Origin: an uncultured Eubacteriales bacterium
GTDB taxonomy: Bacteria; Bacillota; Clostridia; Lachnospirales; Bianqueaceae
DNA length: 64,000 nucleotides
NCBI GenBank assembly: GCA_902493345.1
Contig: CABUPM010000001.1
Location: forward strand, 14,126-78,125
Direction: 5' to 3'
Positions 8,275 through 17,422 of the stretch are shown piece after piece (the stretch's first letter is position 1; each line of letters starts with the position of its first letter). Below the pieces are notes generated by a model. That model worked only from the letters and a program-made list of their open reading frames with translations, was not told where the DNA came from and searched no databases. The position numbers and the translations under genes are program-made.

Positions 8275-9615
8275 ATGATGACATACGAAGAATTTCAATT
8301 AAAGGTGAAGGAGATTGCGGAGAAGGCAGGACTGACGCAGTATGAGCTGTATTATTCAGAGCGTGAGGATCAGTCCGTCCGGGTCATGAATCATGAGGTC
8401 TCTTCTTTCTCAAGCGATAAGGAATGCGGTGCCTGCTTCCGTTGTATCTATGAGGGGAAGATGGGGTATGCCGCGACAGAGTTATTTGACGAGGCACAGG
8501 CGGAAGCTCTGGTATCGGATGCGATGGAGAATGCGTCCTTGATGGGAGTGGAAGGAGAAGCGGAGATCTTTGAGGGCAGCAAGGAGTATCAGTCGGTAGA
8601 GACAGAGGCCTTGCGCAGCGCGGATCTTGCAGATACAGCTATGAAGCTGTATGAGGCGGCGCTTCAGGCAGAGCTGCGTGTTCAGGCCAGTACGATGGCA
8701 GGAGCGGCACAGGTACAGGGACGGATTGAGCTGACCAATTCTGCCGGCCTTCATCTTTCCAATACCTATGGCTATCAGCAGGCATCCAGCTTTGCTATTG
8801 TAAAAGAAGGAGACGAACAGTTCAGCGCTATGGACTTTGCGGTCACCCCGCTGCAGGAGGCAGATGTTGAGGCTATCGCGAAAAATGCGGTGCAGTCGGC
8901 GGTCGGCAAGATCGGAGCTATCCTTGTACCTACCGGTAAGTACCCGGTTGTGTTTGACGCGGATGCGATCGGCAGCGTCCTGAGAGCGTATGTGCCGATC
9001 TTCAACGCGGATAATGCGCAGAAGGGACTCTCATTACTGGCAGGAAAAGAGGGAGAGGCCGTTGCTGCAGAGAATATTACCATCATGGATGATCCCTTCT
9101 ATAAGGACAGTGTTGTTAAGACTTCCTTTGACGCCGAGGGCGTTGCGACATCGACTAAGGCTATCGTAGAAAAGGGCGTTCTTAAGACACTGCTTCACAA
9201 TCTGCAGACGGCGAAAAAGGCCGGAGTGCCGGACACGGCCAATGCCAGCAAGGCGGGTTATGCCTCTCCGGTAAAAATCGCTCCATACACGTTTTATATT
9301 GTTCCTGGTACAGCTTCGCAGGAGGAGCTCTATCAACAGGCGGGAGACGGTATCCTTGTAACCAGTGTGACCGGCCTGCATGCAGGAACCAATGCGATTA
9401 CCGGTGACTTCTCCATCCAGTGCGGAGGCTACAGGATCCGGGATGGCAAAAAGGCGGAAGCAATCACATCCTTTACAGTATCCGGAAACTTCCTGACGCT
9501 CTTAAAGCATATTCAGGCAGTCGGCGCGGATCTGAAGTTCCAGATGCCTTTCGGCTTTACGGTCATCGGAGCGCCTTCCATTTTAACGGAAGAGCTGTCG
9601 GTTGCCGGTGAATAA
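8275..9615 (+). CDS. pmbA: PmbA/TldE-family protein (TldD partner)
   Basis: 446 aa, paralogous fold without HExxxH, immediately downstream of tldD behind AAGGAGGG. Confidence 0.85.
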   Translation: MMTYEEFQLKVKEIAEKAGLTQYELYYSEREDQSVRVMNHEVSSFSSDKECGACFRCIYEGKMGYAATELFDEAQAEALVSDAMENASLMGVEGEAEIFEGSKEYQSVETEALRSADLADTAMKLYEAALQAELRVQASTMAGAAQVQGRIELTNSAGLHLSNTYGYQQASSFAIVKEGDEQFSAMDFAVTPLQEADVEAIAKNAVQSAVGKIGAILVPTGKYPVVFDADAIGSVLRAYVPIFNADNAQKGLSLLAGKEGEAVAAENITIMDDPFYKDSVVKTSFDAEGVATSTKAIVEKGVLKTLLHNLQTAKKAGVPDTANASKAGYASPVKIAPYTFYIVPGTASQEELYQQAGDGILVTSVTGLHAGTNAITGDFSIQCGGYRIRDGKKAEAITSFTVSGNFLTLLKHIQAVGADLKFQMPFGFTVIGAPSILTEELSVAGE

Positions 9616-9650
9616 ACGATACCGGAATCTTAAAAAATAATAAAACGAAA

Positions 9651-9690
9651 ACGCGGGGTCATTCCATTTTTCAGTGGAATGACCCCGCGT
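9651..9690. terminator. Bidirectional intrinsic terminator
   Basis: Perfect 16-bp stem ACGCGGGGTCATTCCA / TGGAATGACCCCGCGT with an 8-nt loop. U-rich tract on the minus-strand side. Confidence 0.8.
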
Positions 9691-9715
9691 CTGTGTTGAG
9701 AAGGGCTGAGAAAAA

Positions 9716-10648
9716 TTATTCGTTAGCCGAGTCGTCAGGTTCCTGCTCCGCAATAGCGGCGGCAGCCTTGGCGGCCTCTTCTTTAGCGGCGATTTTGGCA
9801 CGATACTCAGCGTTTTTACGCTCCTTAAATTCGCGGCGCTGCTGCAGCAGGATCTGCTGCTGACGGTGATACCAGCGGAAATAGAACCAGATTCCGGTGC
9901 AATAGGCAGCGGCCAGAACCAGGAGAATCAGGCAGTAGGACCAGATCGGCGTCATTGTGCCAAGATAAGCGATATAGAGCGATGCGAAATGGATACCGAT
10001 TCCGTAAAGGATATAAATGGGTTTCTGACGCTTCATACCATGGTAGAGCAGCATAAAGATCAGGATGCTCATCATTACCATAGTGATAAAATATAAGACC
10101 TGCGCCAGGCACTGAGACAGGGAGGCGGATTTTAGAATGGTATTTACATAATCGTTGATAACATCGATGGTGGTCTCTTCGGTGACCAGAGTCTCCAGTT
10201 GTCCTTTGTTGGCAATGTCCGCGATCTTTGCTTGATTGATATAGGTCATACAGGAATAGAGGGCCGTATAGAGCCAGTAAGAAATACCGGAAGCGATCGC
10301 CTCGTACAGATTCCATTTTCCTTTGCGCACCAGCTTGAGCGTCATGAAGGCGACCGGGGACATATATACAGCGGTCAGGAAGGCCAGCAGCAGATAATAT
10401 AATAAGACGTGATCAGAAGACTCAAACACTGCGGAAAATCCGGGGATCATCTGTAAAATCCGGTAGGTAAAGAAAGTCAGGATCTGTGAAGCGATAAAAT
10501 ATACACCAAAACCTACGACTACAGAAGTAAACCGGAATGGATGCTTTTTCTGCAGAACAAACAAGGCCACAGCCAACAGCAGAATCTGCGCCGCGCTCGC
10601 GATATAAAAACCAACAATTGTACTTTGCGGAATAACCATAATATTCAT
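9716..10648 (-). CDS. Polytopic membrane protein of unknown function with a charged Ala/Glu/Lys-rich C-terminal tail
   Basis: About 7-8 hydrophobic segments by eye. Tail: QQQILLQQRREFKERKNAEYRAKIAAKEEAAKAAAAIAEQE. The start could instead be ATG 10639 (better spacing from AGGAGAGG). Confidence 0.6.
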   Translation of the reverse strand: MNIMVIPQSTIVGFYIASAAQILLLAVALFVLQKKHPFRFTSVVVGFGVYFIASQILTFFTYRILQMIPGFSAVFESSDHVLLYYLLLAFLTAVYMSPVAFMTLKLVRKGKWNLYEAIASGISYWLYTALYSCMTYINQAKIADIANKGQLETLVTEETTIDVINDYVNTILKSASLSQCLAQVLYFITMVMMSILIFMLLYHGMKRQKPIYILYGIGIHFASLYIAYLGTMTPIWSYCLILLVLAAAYCTGIWFYFRWYHRQQQILLQQRREFKERKNAEYRAKIAAKEEAAKAAAAIAEQEPDDSANE

Positions 10649-10710
10649 ACCTCTCCTAATGATTAAGTTATTATGATTATTATACCGTATCTTTAAGACT
10701 TTGGAAAGAG

Positions 10711-12156
10711 TTATTTTACAGGTTTATAAAAATTTGTTCGTTTTCCTTTTTTCACTTCGACAATGGGTTTGCGGATCAGAACATTGCCAAGCGCCCGGCC
10801 GTCAAAGGGGATAAGGGGCCAGGTATAGCGTAATCCGCTGAAGGAGTGCGTTGTGAAGAGAACGATGCCGAGGACGAGAACACCTGCGAGCAGCCCCCAC
10901 CATCCGGCGATTCCGACAAGGATTAAGAAGAATACACGGTAGATCCGCAGGGCAAGGCCAAACTCAATACTTGGTACAGCGTAGGTTGCAAGATCGGTAA
11001 AGGCCATAAACAGAACGCTTTCCGGATGCATGATATGGATATCAATCGCAAATTGGCCGAGGAGCAGTCCGCCGATGATTCCCATTGCCGTGGAGAGGCC
11101 GGAGGGCGTATGGATGGATGCCATTCGCAGGATCTCCATCCCCAATTCGATGAGGAGAAGCTGAACAAAGAGCGGCAATGCATCTGCTTCCTGCGGTACC
11201 AGGAAAAGGAGCCAGTGCGGAAGGAGCGCCGGGTCTGTCTGGGCAATACAGAGCCAGGCAGGAGCGAAAAAGAGACAGGAAAGCATGGCGATAAAACGAA
11301 TCCACCTGGTGTAGGTTCCGACCAGAGGATTCTGGTAATAATCTTCAGAGTGCTGAGTGAAATGAAACATTGTCGCGGGAAAGAGCATAGCGGAAGGAGA
11401 GTTGTCTACCAGAACGATGACATGTCCTTCCAAAAGATGAGCCGCGGTGACATCCGGACGCTCGGTGAATTTGGCCTGCGGGAATGGATTGTACCAGCGC
11501 TTTTTGATGAGAAGCTCCTCCAGTGTTTTTTCTCCCATCAGGAGTGCGTCGGTATCCAGTTTTTTTAGCGCGTCCCGCAGATGATCCAAAAGATCCGGAT
11601 CGGCCAGCGAGTCCATATAACCGATGACAACGTCTGTTTTGGAAGAGTTGCCGACAGTGTAGATCTCATAGACAAGCTGCGGATCCCGAATCCTACGGCG
11701 AATCAGCGCTGTGTTGAAAACGATGGTCTCGACCAGACCGTCACGGGCGCCGCGCGTAACTTTTTCCAGATCAGGCTCTTCCGGACTGCGGCTGGGATAG
11801 GTTCTTGTATCCAGCAAAATTCCGCTGTCAAATCCGTCGATCAGAAGGAGAAGCTCGCCGGAAAGAATCATGCGGACGGCGAGATCCCAATCATCGGTGA
11901 TTTCCGATTCAAGATATCCGATCTGGGACTGCAAAAAATGCTGCAGAGAGGAGAGGTCTTCACAGGGCGCGGCTCCCTGGATCGTCTGAAAAATCCGTAG
12001 GATCGTATCATCCTTACTTAATCCGTCGATGGAAACATATAGGGCATCCCGACCGCCGATGAGGATGTGCCGGGAAATGATATCAAAGCTTTTTTGAATA
12101 GGAAGCTTTTCTTGTAAAACAGCTTCATTTTCTGCAATTTTCTTGCTGAATGCCAT
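10711..12156 (-). CDS. Spore germination protein, GerA/SpoVAF family (A-type subunit)
   Basis: 481 aa. Soluble N-terminal half (DALYVSIDGLSKDD...) and C-terminal membrane domain typical of GerAA/SpoVAF proteins. No B or C subunit gene adjacent. Confidence 0.8.
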   Translation of the reverse strand: MAFSKKIAENEAVLQEKLPIQKSFDIISRHILIGGRDALYVSIDGLSKDDTILRIFQTIQGAAPCEDLSSLQHFLQSQIGYLESEITDDWDLAVRMILSGELLLLIDGFDSGILLDTRTYPSRSPEEPDLEKVTRGARDGLVETIVFNTALIRRRIRDPQLVYEIYTVGNSSKTDVVIGYMDSLADPDLLDHLRDALKKLDTDALLMGEKTLEELLIKKRWYNPFPQAKFTERPDVTAAHLLEGHVIVLVDNSPSAMLFPATMFHFTQHSEDYYQNPLVGTYTRWIRFIAMLSCLFFAPAWLCIAQTDPALLPHWLLFLVPQEADALPLFVQLLLIELGMEILRMASIHTPSGLSTAMGIIGGLLLGQFAIDIHIMHPESVLFMAFTDLATYAVPSIEFGLALRIYRVFFLILVGIAGWWGLLAGVLVLGIVLFTTHSFSGLRYTWPLIPFDGRALGNVLIRKPIVEVKKGKRTNFYKPVK

Positions 12157-12380
12157 GCTTATCCCTCCATTCTATTTCAGTATGGTTTACTGAAAGAAAA
12201 ATATGTAAAAGATATGTAAAGCAGGAGATATTTTTTGATTCTTTTAGAAGGGATGCACAATTTGAGGTTTTCGTGAAAATATTACTGGAAATATGCTGAA
12301 GCCTATGTTATAATGAGGCTGTAGTAGCAATGCACTCATTTTTATCTACAATAGAAGAGATCTGGAAAGGTAGGAAGAAA

Positions 12381-13562
12381 ATGTCATTTAATATCACATC
12401 GGATCAGATCGAGCACAACCAGGTAGCTCCCCTGGGTATTCTTGTTATGAAGGGAACGGAGGAGATCAGCGCGAAGGTAAATGATCATCTGACGAAGCTG
12501 TATGCCAAGTATGAAGGCTCACAGCAGCGTGTGGAATCCTTCCTGATGAACGTAAGGTGCCCGCGTTTTCAGAGCGGGGACGGCAAGGGTGTGTTAGACC
12601 ATTCCGTAAGAGGATTGGACGTTTATATCATCTGCGATCCGGGCAACTACAACTGCAGTTATAACATGTTTGGACACGAGGTTCCCATGTCTCCGGATGA
12701 GCATTTTGCGGATCTGAAGCGTGCGATTCAGGCTATTGGCGGTAAGGCGCATCGTATCAATGTGATCATGCCGATCCTGTATGGCGGCCGTCAGCATCGT
12801 AAGAATGCCAGAGAATCTCTCGATTGCGCAGTAGCTTTGCAGGAGCTGCAGAACATGGGAGTATCGGAGGTTGTTACCTTTGACGCGCATGATCCGCGTG
12901 TACAGAATGCGGTTCCGCTGATGGGCTTTGATAATGTAATTCCCTCTTACCAGACGCTGAAGGCTCTGCTCAAGCATGTTCCGGATATTATGCTGGACAA
13001 GGACAATTTTATGGTTGTAAGCCCGGATGCCGGCGCGATGGACCGGAATGTATATTATGCTTCCGTCCTGGGCGTGGAGTTGGGGATGTATTATAAGCGG
13101 CGTGATTTTTCCGTAATCAAGAACGGACGCAACCCGATCGTTGCGCATGAGTTCTTGGGCGGCGATGTCAGCGGCAAGGATATTTTCATCTATGATGATA
13201 TTATTTCTTCCGGTGAATCCATGCTGGATATTGCTTATGATTTGCGGAAGCGCGGCGCGGGCCGTATTTTTGCCGGTTGTACCTACGCGCTCTTTACCGA
13301 GGGAATCGACAAGTTCCAGACAGCCGTTGACAACGGAGTTTTGTCCGGAGTCCTTTCTACCAATCTGACATACCGCAGGCCGGAGCTGATGGAAGCTCCC
13401 TGGTATTATGAGGTAGATTGTTCCAAGTATATGGCTTATCTGATCGCGGCGCTGAATCACGATATGTCGGTAAGTCTTCTGCTGGATCCTCTGAGTAAAA
13501 TCAATAATCTGGTTAAGGGCCATCGCGAAGAGTCCAAGGACCAACAGCTGGATCTCTTTTAA
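12381..13562 (+). CDS. prs: Ribose-phosphate diphosphokinase family protein (long form)
   Basis: TFDAHDPRVQN and IYDDIISSGESM resemble the Prs metal/PRPP-binding loops. Start at ATG 12381 behind AGGTAGGAAG. It is longer than classical Prs, so the exact activity is inferred. Confidence 0.7.
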   Translation: MSFNITSDQIEHNQVAPLGILVMKGTEEISAKVNDHLTKLYAKYEGSQQRVESFLMNVRCPRFQSGDGKGVLDHSVRGLDVYIICDPGNYNCSYNMFGHEVPMSPDEHFADLKRAIQAIGGKAHRINVIMPILYGGRQHRKNARESLDCAVALQELQNMGVSEVVTFDAHDPRVQNAVPLMGFDNVIPSYQTLKALLKHVPDIMLDKDNFMVVSPDAGAMDRNVYYASVLGVELGMYYKRRDFSVIKNGRNPIVAHEFLGGDVSGKDIFIYDDIISSGESMLDIAYDLRKRGAGRIFAGCTYALFTEGIDKFQTAVDNGVLSGVLSTNLTYRRPELMEAPWYYEVDCSKYMAYLIAALNHDMSVSLLLDPLSKINNLVKGHREESKDQQLDLF

Positions 13563-13570
13563 GAGAGTTT

Positions 13571-13594
13571 AAAGCCGCCCTGAGGGGCGGCTTT
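13571..13594 (+). terminator. Terminator after prs
   Basis: AAAGCCGCCC-TGAG-GGGCGGCTTT directly after the stop. Confidence 0.6.
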
Positions 13595-13620
13595 AATATA
13601 AATAAAGGGAGGAATCTTAT

Positions 13621-14262
13621 ATGAATGATCCATTGAAAAAATGGCGCTATGAGGCGATCGGCAAGTCGATTACCGAAACATTGAAGGAAAAAGAGTTTGA
13701 TGCGCACTATGTAGACAATCTGGAAGAAGCAACCCAGATGGTTCTGGATATGGTTCCGGAAGGCGCTTTGATCGGTTTGGGCGGTTCTGTAACGCTGAAT
13801 CAGATGGGTGTGATCGATACGTTCCGTCATGGCAATTATCGTTTGATTGATCGCTATCAATGTTCGAATCATGCAGAAGAAGTACAGAAGTATCATGAGG
13901 CGTTAAACGCTGAGTATTTCCTATGTAGTACCAACGCGATCACAAAGACGGGAGAACTGGTCAATATGGATTGTTCCGGCAACCGTGTTGCTGCCATGAT
14001 TTTTGGACCGCAGCGTGTGATCATCGTCGCCGGAGCCAATAAGGTCGTTGAAGACCTGAACGCTGCCATGGCGCGTATTAAGGAAGTGGCCCCGCTAAAC
14101 GCAAAGCGGATCCGGCACGATACGCCATGTACACATAGCGGCTACTGCGAGGACTGCAAGACTCGAAAGAGGATGTGCAACTATATGACGGTGATCTACC
14201 ATGGTATGAAAAATCCGGGACGTATTACAGTGATCGTTGTAGGAGACGAAGTGGGATTATAA
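13621..14262 (+). CDS. LUD-domain (lactate utilisation C-like / DUF162) protein
   Basis: 213 aa. GLGGSVTLNQ...VIIVAGANKV pattern typical of LUD/YkgG-like proteins, with a C-terminal Cys cluster CTHSGYCEDC. Confidence 0.7.
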   Translation: MNDPLKKWRYEAIGKSITETLKEKEFDAHYVDNLEEATQMVLDMVPEGALIGLGGSVTLNQMGVIDTFRHGNYRLIDRYQCSNHAEEVQKYHEALNAEYFLCSTNAITKTGELVNMDCSGNRVAAMIFGPQRVIIVAGANKVVEDLNAAMARIKEVAPLNAKRIRHDTPCTHSGYCEDCKTRKRMCNYMTVIYHGMKNPGRITVIVVGDEVGL

Positions 14263-14276
14263 AAAGGGAGATTATT

Positions 14277-14325
14277 AAAACAAGCCATGTCTGACGTATA
14301 TAAGTCGGACATGGCTTGTTTGTTT
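14277..14325. terminator. Bidirectional terminator between the LUD gene and lexA
   Basis: CAAGCCATGTCTGAC / GTCGGACATGGCTTG stem flanked by AAAA and TTTGTTT. Confidence 0.75.
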
Positions 14326-14359
14326 ATAAGGATTCATCGGTTGAAGGAGAGTGAGGGAC

Positions 14360-15025
14360 TCATTCCAAGCGGCGGTAGACACCGATCACTCGGCCGAGGA
14401 CCGAAGCGTCTTTGACATAAATCGGCTTCATATAATCATTTTCCGGCTGCAGACGGATAAAATCCTTTTCACGGAAAAAGCGCTTTACAGTTGCGCTGTC
14501 ATCAATTAAGGCAACAACAATGTCGCCGTTGTGCGCTGTGCTCTGCTGTGTAACCAGGATCATATCTCCATCCAGAATGCCGGCATTGATCATGCTCTCG
14601 CCGCGAACCTTCAGCATGAAGGCTTTTTCCGGGTCGCTTCCAAGACATTCCAGAGGCAAAGCAAAATATTCTTCGATATTTTCGACAGCCAGGATGGGTT
14701 CGCCGGCGGTTACCCGACCAATAATCGGGACCTGGCCGATCTCCGACTGGGGAACAGAACGGAACTCCTGCTCCGGTACATCCTCCGGCAGATACTCCTT
14801 TTCCGGATGGTATAGAATCTCAATAGCACGCGGTTTGGTAGGATCGCGGCGAATATAGCCCTTTCTCTCCAGACGCTCTAGGTGTCCATGGACGGTAGAA
14901 GTAGAACTCAGATTGGCTGCTTCGCAGATCTCACGGACTGACGGCGGATAGCCGCGCTGTGCCTGCTTTTGTATGATAAAATTCAGGATTTGCTGCTGCT
15001 TAGGTGATAAATCCTTGCTCTTCAC
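14360..15025 (-). CDS. lexA: SOS repressor LexA
   Basis: N-terminal wHTH ...[34 protein letters not shown]24 peptidase Ser/Lys motifs GESM and TVKRF. GTG start. Confidence 0.95.
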   Translation of the reverse strand: MKSKDLSPKQQQILNFIIQKQAQRGYPPSVREICEAANLSSTSTVHGHLERLERKGYIRRDPTKPRAIEILYHPEKEYLPEDVPEQEFRSVPQSEIGQVPIIGRVTAGEPILAVENIEEYFALPLECLGSDPEKAFMLKVRGESMINAGILDGDMILVTQQSTAHNGDIVVALIDDSATVKRFFREKDFIRLQPENDYMKPIYVKDASVLGRVIGVYRRLE

Positions 15026-15070
15026 GGTATCATATCCTTTCTTTCAATGAATCCATAATCATATATTCTT

Positions 15071-15099
15071 AGTATAACATATCTTACTGTAAAAGTCAA
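15071..15099 (-). promoter_or_regulatory. lexA promoter
   Basis: Minus strand TTGACT-17 nt-TATACT (TGt extended). The -35 overlaps LexA box 1. Confidence 0.6.
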
Positions 15100-15109
15100 A
15101 CAATTGTTC
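15098..15109. promoter_or_regulatory. LexA (Cheo-type) box 1, AAACAATTGTTC
   Basis: Matches GAAC-N4-GTTC with one mismatch; flanked by C...G. Confidence 0.65.
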
Positions 15110-15121
15110 GTGAAAAAATGA

Positions 15122-15133
15122 GAAGATACGTTC
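15122..15133. promoter_or_regulatory. LexA box 2, GAAGATACGTTC
   Basis: GAAC-N4-GTTC with one mismatch. Confidence 0.55.
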
Positions 15134-15152
15134 GTTTTTTTGAGAAAAAGTA

Positions 15153-15181
15153 TTGACAGAAACATTTGTTCGTGGTAGAAT
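15153..15181 (+). promoter_or_regulatory. SOS-controlled promoter of the YneA-like gene
   Basis: TTGACA-17 nt-TAGAAT with LexA box 3 inside the spacer. Confidence 0.7.
15160..15171. promoter_or_regulatory. LexA box 3, AAACATTTGTTC
   Basis: Lies between the -35 and -10 of the + strand promoter. Confidence 0.65.
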
Positions 15182-15195
15182 CGACTCATAAACAA

Positions 15196-15207
15196 GAACA
15201 TACATTC
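15196..15207. promoter_or_regulatory. LexA box 4, GAACATACATTC
   Basis: Just downstream of the -10, before the RBS of the 15231 gene. Confidence 0.55.
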
Positions 15208-15230
15208 CGATCTGAAAGGAGAACACTATC

Positions 15231-15572
15231 ATGACTATGAATCCTTCTGTATCTCACAATGCGGTTTCCCGCTCTCATTCTTTTGGCGCTTCTAAGTACG
15301 TGATTGGAGCATTGGTGCTTATAATTGGCTTATTTGCAATGTTTTTTCTGCGGCAGCCGACATTCGCGCAGGAGGACTCTGTTATAGTATATGAGTCCGT
15401 ACAGATTCACGAAGGCGACTCTTTGTGGTCGATTGCCGAACAGTATGCTGTAGAGGAACAAGACATACGTTCGTATATACAGGATATATGTTCGCTGAAT
15501 GATTTGTCATCGGATGAGACAATTTACGCGGGACAGTATTTGATCCTGCCGATCACACGGACAATGCACTGA
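15231..15572 (+). CDS. YneA-like SOS cell-division inhibitor candidate (single TM + LysM domain)
   Basis: 113 aa: TM segment YVIGALVLIIGLFAMFFL, then LysM-like VQIHEGDSLWSIAEQY...IYAGQYLILP. Divergent from lexA, as yneA is in B. subtilis. Confidence 0.7.
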   Translation: MTMNPSVSHNAVSRSHSFGASKYVIGALVLIIGLFAMFFLRQPTFAQEDSVIVYESVQIHEGDSLWSIAEQYAVEEQDIRSYIQDICSLNDLSSDETIYAGQYLILPITRTMH

Positions 15573-15573
15573 T

Positions 15574-16662
15574 TTATTCTTCTGTCTGCGGATCATCATC
15601 ATCTTTTTCACGGCGCAGTGTAACAGCGTTGGCGGCCATTCTCCTTCGGGAGTCCTCCATCTGTGCATAATGGCGCCGTGTCGTATTTACATCCTTGTGC
15701 CCCAGTACGTCTGCTACCAGATAGATGTCGCCTGTTTCGCTGTACAAGGCCGTGCCGTAGGTGCTGCGCAGCTTATGGGGAGATATTTTCTTCATACGGG
15801 TGACGACAGAGGCGTATTTTTTGACGATATTCTCAACAGCCCGCACGGTGAGACGCCGTTTCTGCATCGATAAAAAGAGGGCGTCTTCGTGGCCGCTTTG
15901 CGGAATAATATGCTTTCGTTCCTCCAGATAGGGCTTCAGCGCGTCTTCAACCTCACGTCCAAAGTAGAGGACCGCTTCATTGCCGCCCTTGCGTGTGATC
16001 TTTAATCCGTTGATACTGGAATCGATATCGCTCAGGTTCAGTCCTACACATTCAGACACACGCATTCCTGTTCCGAGAAGCAGGGTAATCAGAGCGAGAT
16101 CTCTGGCATGTGTATATTTATGATAGATCTGCTGGCGGCTCGTCAGCTTTTCTCCGGAATCGACCTCGTCCAATAGGCGGGCTACTTCATCGACCTCCAG
16201 ACGGATGATGTTTTTTTCGTGGATCTTGGGAGTATCGACCAACATTGCGGGATTGCCCTGGATTTTCTGCTTCTTATAGAAGTACTTGAAGAGACTGCGG
16301 ACAGCGGCGATCTTTCGCGCTTTTCCGTTTTCACCGTTCTGCATCTCTGTGAGTTCCCCCTCGGAAGTCTCTTTTTCGTAATAGGTCAGATATTCCAGAA
16401 AACGCTCAATATCCTGAACGCCTACCAGATTCAGGTCCTTCAGCGTCAGATCATGCATCTTTTTTCCTTGAAATGCAGGGATATATTCTGTCAGGTACTG
16501 AAAAAAGATCTTCAGGTCATAGGCATATCCCAGACGCGTTCTTTCTGCTGTCGTAGGTTCAATTCCTCGAAAATATTCAAAACAGAAATCCGGCAGTTCC
16601 AACAGAAGGTCCCGCAGACGGAGGATCATCTTGCGGCGCTGTTCTTCATGATAGCTGCTCAT
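15574..16662 (-). CDS. Tyrosine recombinase, XerC/XerD-like
   Basis: Catalytic signature ...GMRVSE..., HKLRSTYGT, GHKDVNTTRRHY. The start ATG 16662 overlaps the upstream stop (ATGA); the ORF-track extension to 16752 is rejected. Confidence 0.85.
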   Translation of the reverse strand: MSSYHEEQRRKMILRLRDLLLELPDFCFEYFRGIEPTTAERTRLGYAYDLKIFFQYLTEYIPAFQGKKMHDLTLKDLNLVGVQDIERFLEYLTYYEKETSEGELTEMQNGENGKARKIAAVRSLFKYFYKKQKIQGNPAMLVDTPKIHEKNIIRLEVDEVARLLDEVDSGEKLTSRQQIYHKYTHARDLALITLLLGTGMRVSECVGLNLSDIDSSINGLKITRKGGNEAVLYFGREVEDALKPYLEERKHIIPQSGHEDALFLSMQKRRLTVRAVENIVKKYASVVTRMKKISPHKLRSTYGTALYSETGDIYLVADVLGHKDVNTTRRHYAQMEDSRRRMAANAVTLRREKDDDDPQTEE

Positions 16663-17387
16663 GGTTTCTCCACCGGCAGCTGCCAGCTGGGAATGCTGGT
16701 CTGGATGGCACGGAAGGTGCGCTCGGTTGTCTGACCGATCTCCTTGTTCCATTGACGCAGATGTTCCTTAAAATCTCGGCGGGTAGTATTGCCGTCGGCC
16801 GGACATGGATTCTTGACAATCGGCAGTTCCATATTACGGGCAAAGGCAATAATATCGGCTTCCGGCGTATAGATCAGCGGACGGATGGCATAGAGCTGCA
16901 TCCGGTCCCAATACGTGACAGGAGCGAAAGTGTGAATACGTCCTTCATAGAACAGACTCATAAAGAATGTCTCTATAGCATCTTCTTTATGGTGTCCCAG
17001 AGCGATTTTGTTGCATCCATTTGCCTTAGCAAACTCATTGAGCGCACCCTTTCGCATTTTAGAACAGAGAGAGCAGGGGTTCTCTTCTTTGCGTTCATCA
17101 AACACGATCGGTCCGATATCAGTGGGAATTACAGAGTAGGGGATTTCGTGCTCGGCCATAAAGGCTTCCAGACGGGAGGTATCAAAATTCGGAAACCCTA
17201 GGGAGACAGTAAATGCAATAAGATCAAAGTGCTTTGGGTAAAATCTTTGCAGCCCCTTTAACGCAAGAGCGAGTGTAATGCTGTCCTTGCCGCCGGAGAC
17301 ACCGACTGCGATCTTATCTCCTTCCTGAATCATCTGATAATCATCGATAGCTTTTCGGGTATAGCTCAAAAGCCGCTGGTATGTCAC
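16659..17387 (-). CDS. ttcA: PP-loop ATPase, TtcA-family tRNA thiolation enzyme-like
   Basis: SGGKDS PP-loop, CSLCSKMRKG and a CPADG Cys motif. GTG start after AAAGGCGG. Confidence 0.75.
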   Translation of the reverse strand: MTYQRLLSYTRKAIDDYQMIQEGDKIAVGVSGGKDSITLALALKGLQRFYPKHFDLIAFTVSLGFPNFDTSRLEAFMAEHEIPYSVIPTDIGPIVFDERKEENPCSLCSKMRKGALNEFAKANGCNKIALGHHKEDAIETFFMSLFYEGRIHTFAPVTYWDRMQLYAIRPLIYTPEADIIAFARNMELPIVKNPCPADGNTTRRDFKEHLRQWNKEIGQTTERTFRAIQTSIPSWQLPVEKP

Positions 17388-17422
17388 GCTAGGACCGCCT
17401 TTCTATATCATAATATGATTAT

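Noticed and set aside
15574-16662. Tyrosine recombinase as a marker of a prophage or integrative element
   Set aside because: It is flanked by housekeeping genes (lexA unit, ttcA-like, rbr). There are no att-like repeats, no adjacent tRNA and no phage or conjugation genes. The most economical reading is a chromosomal Xer-type recombinase.
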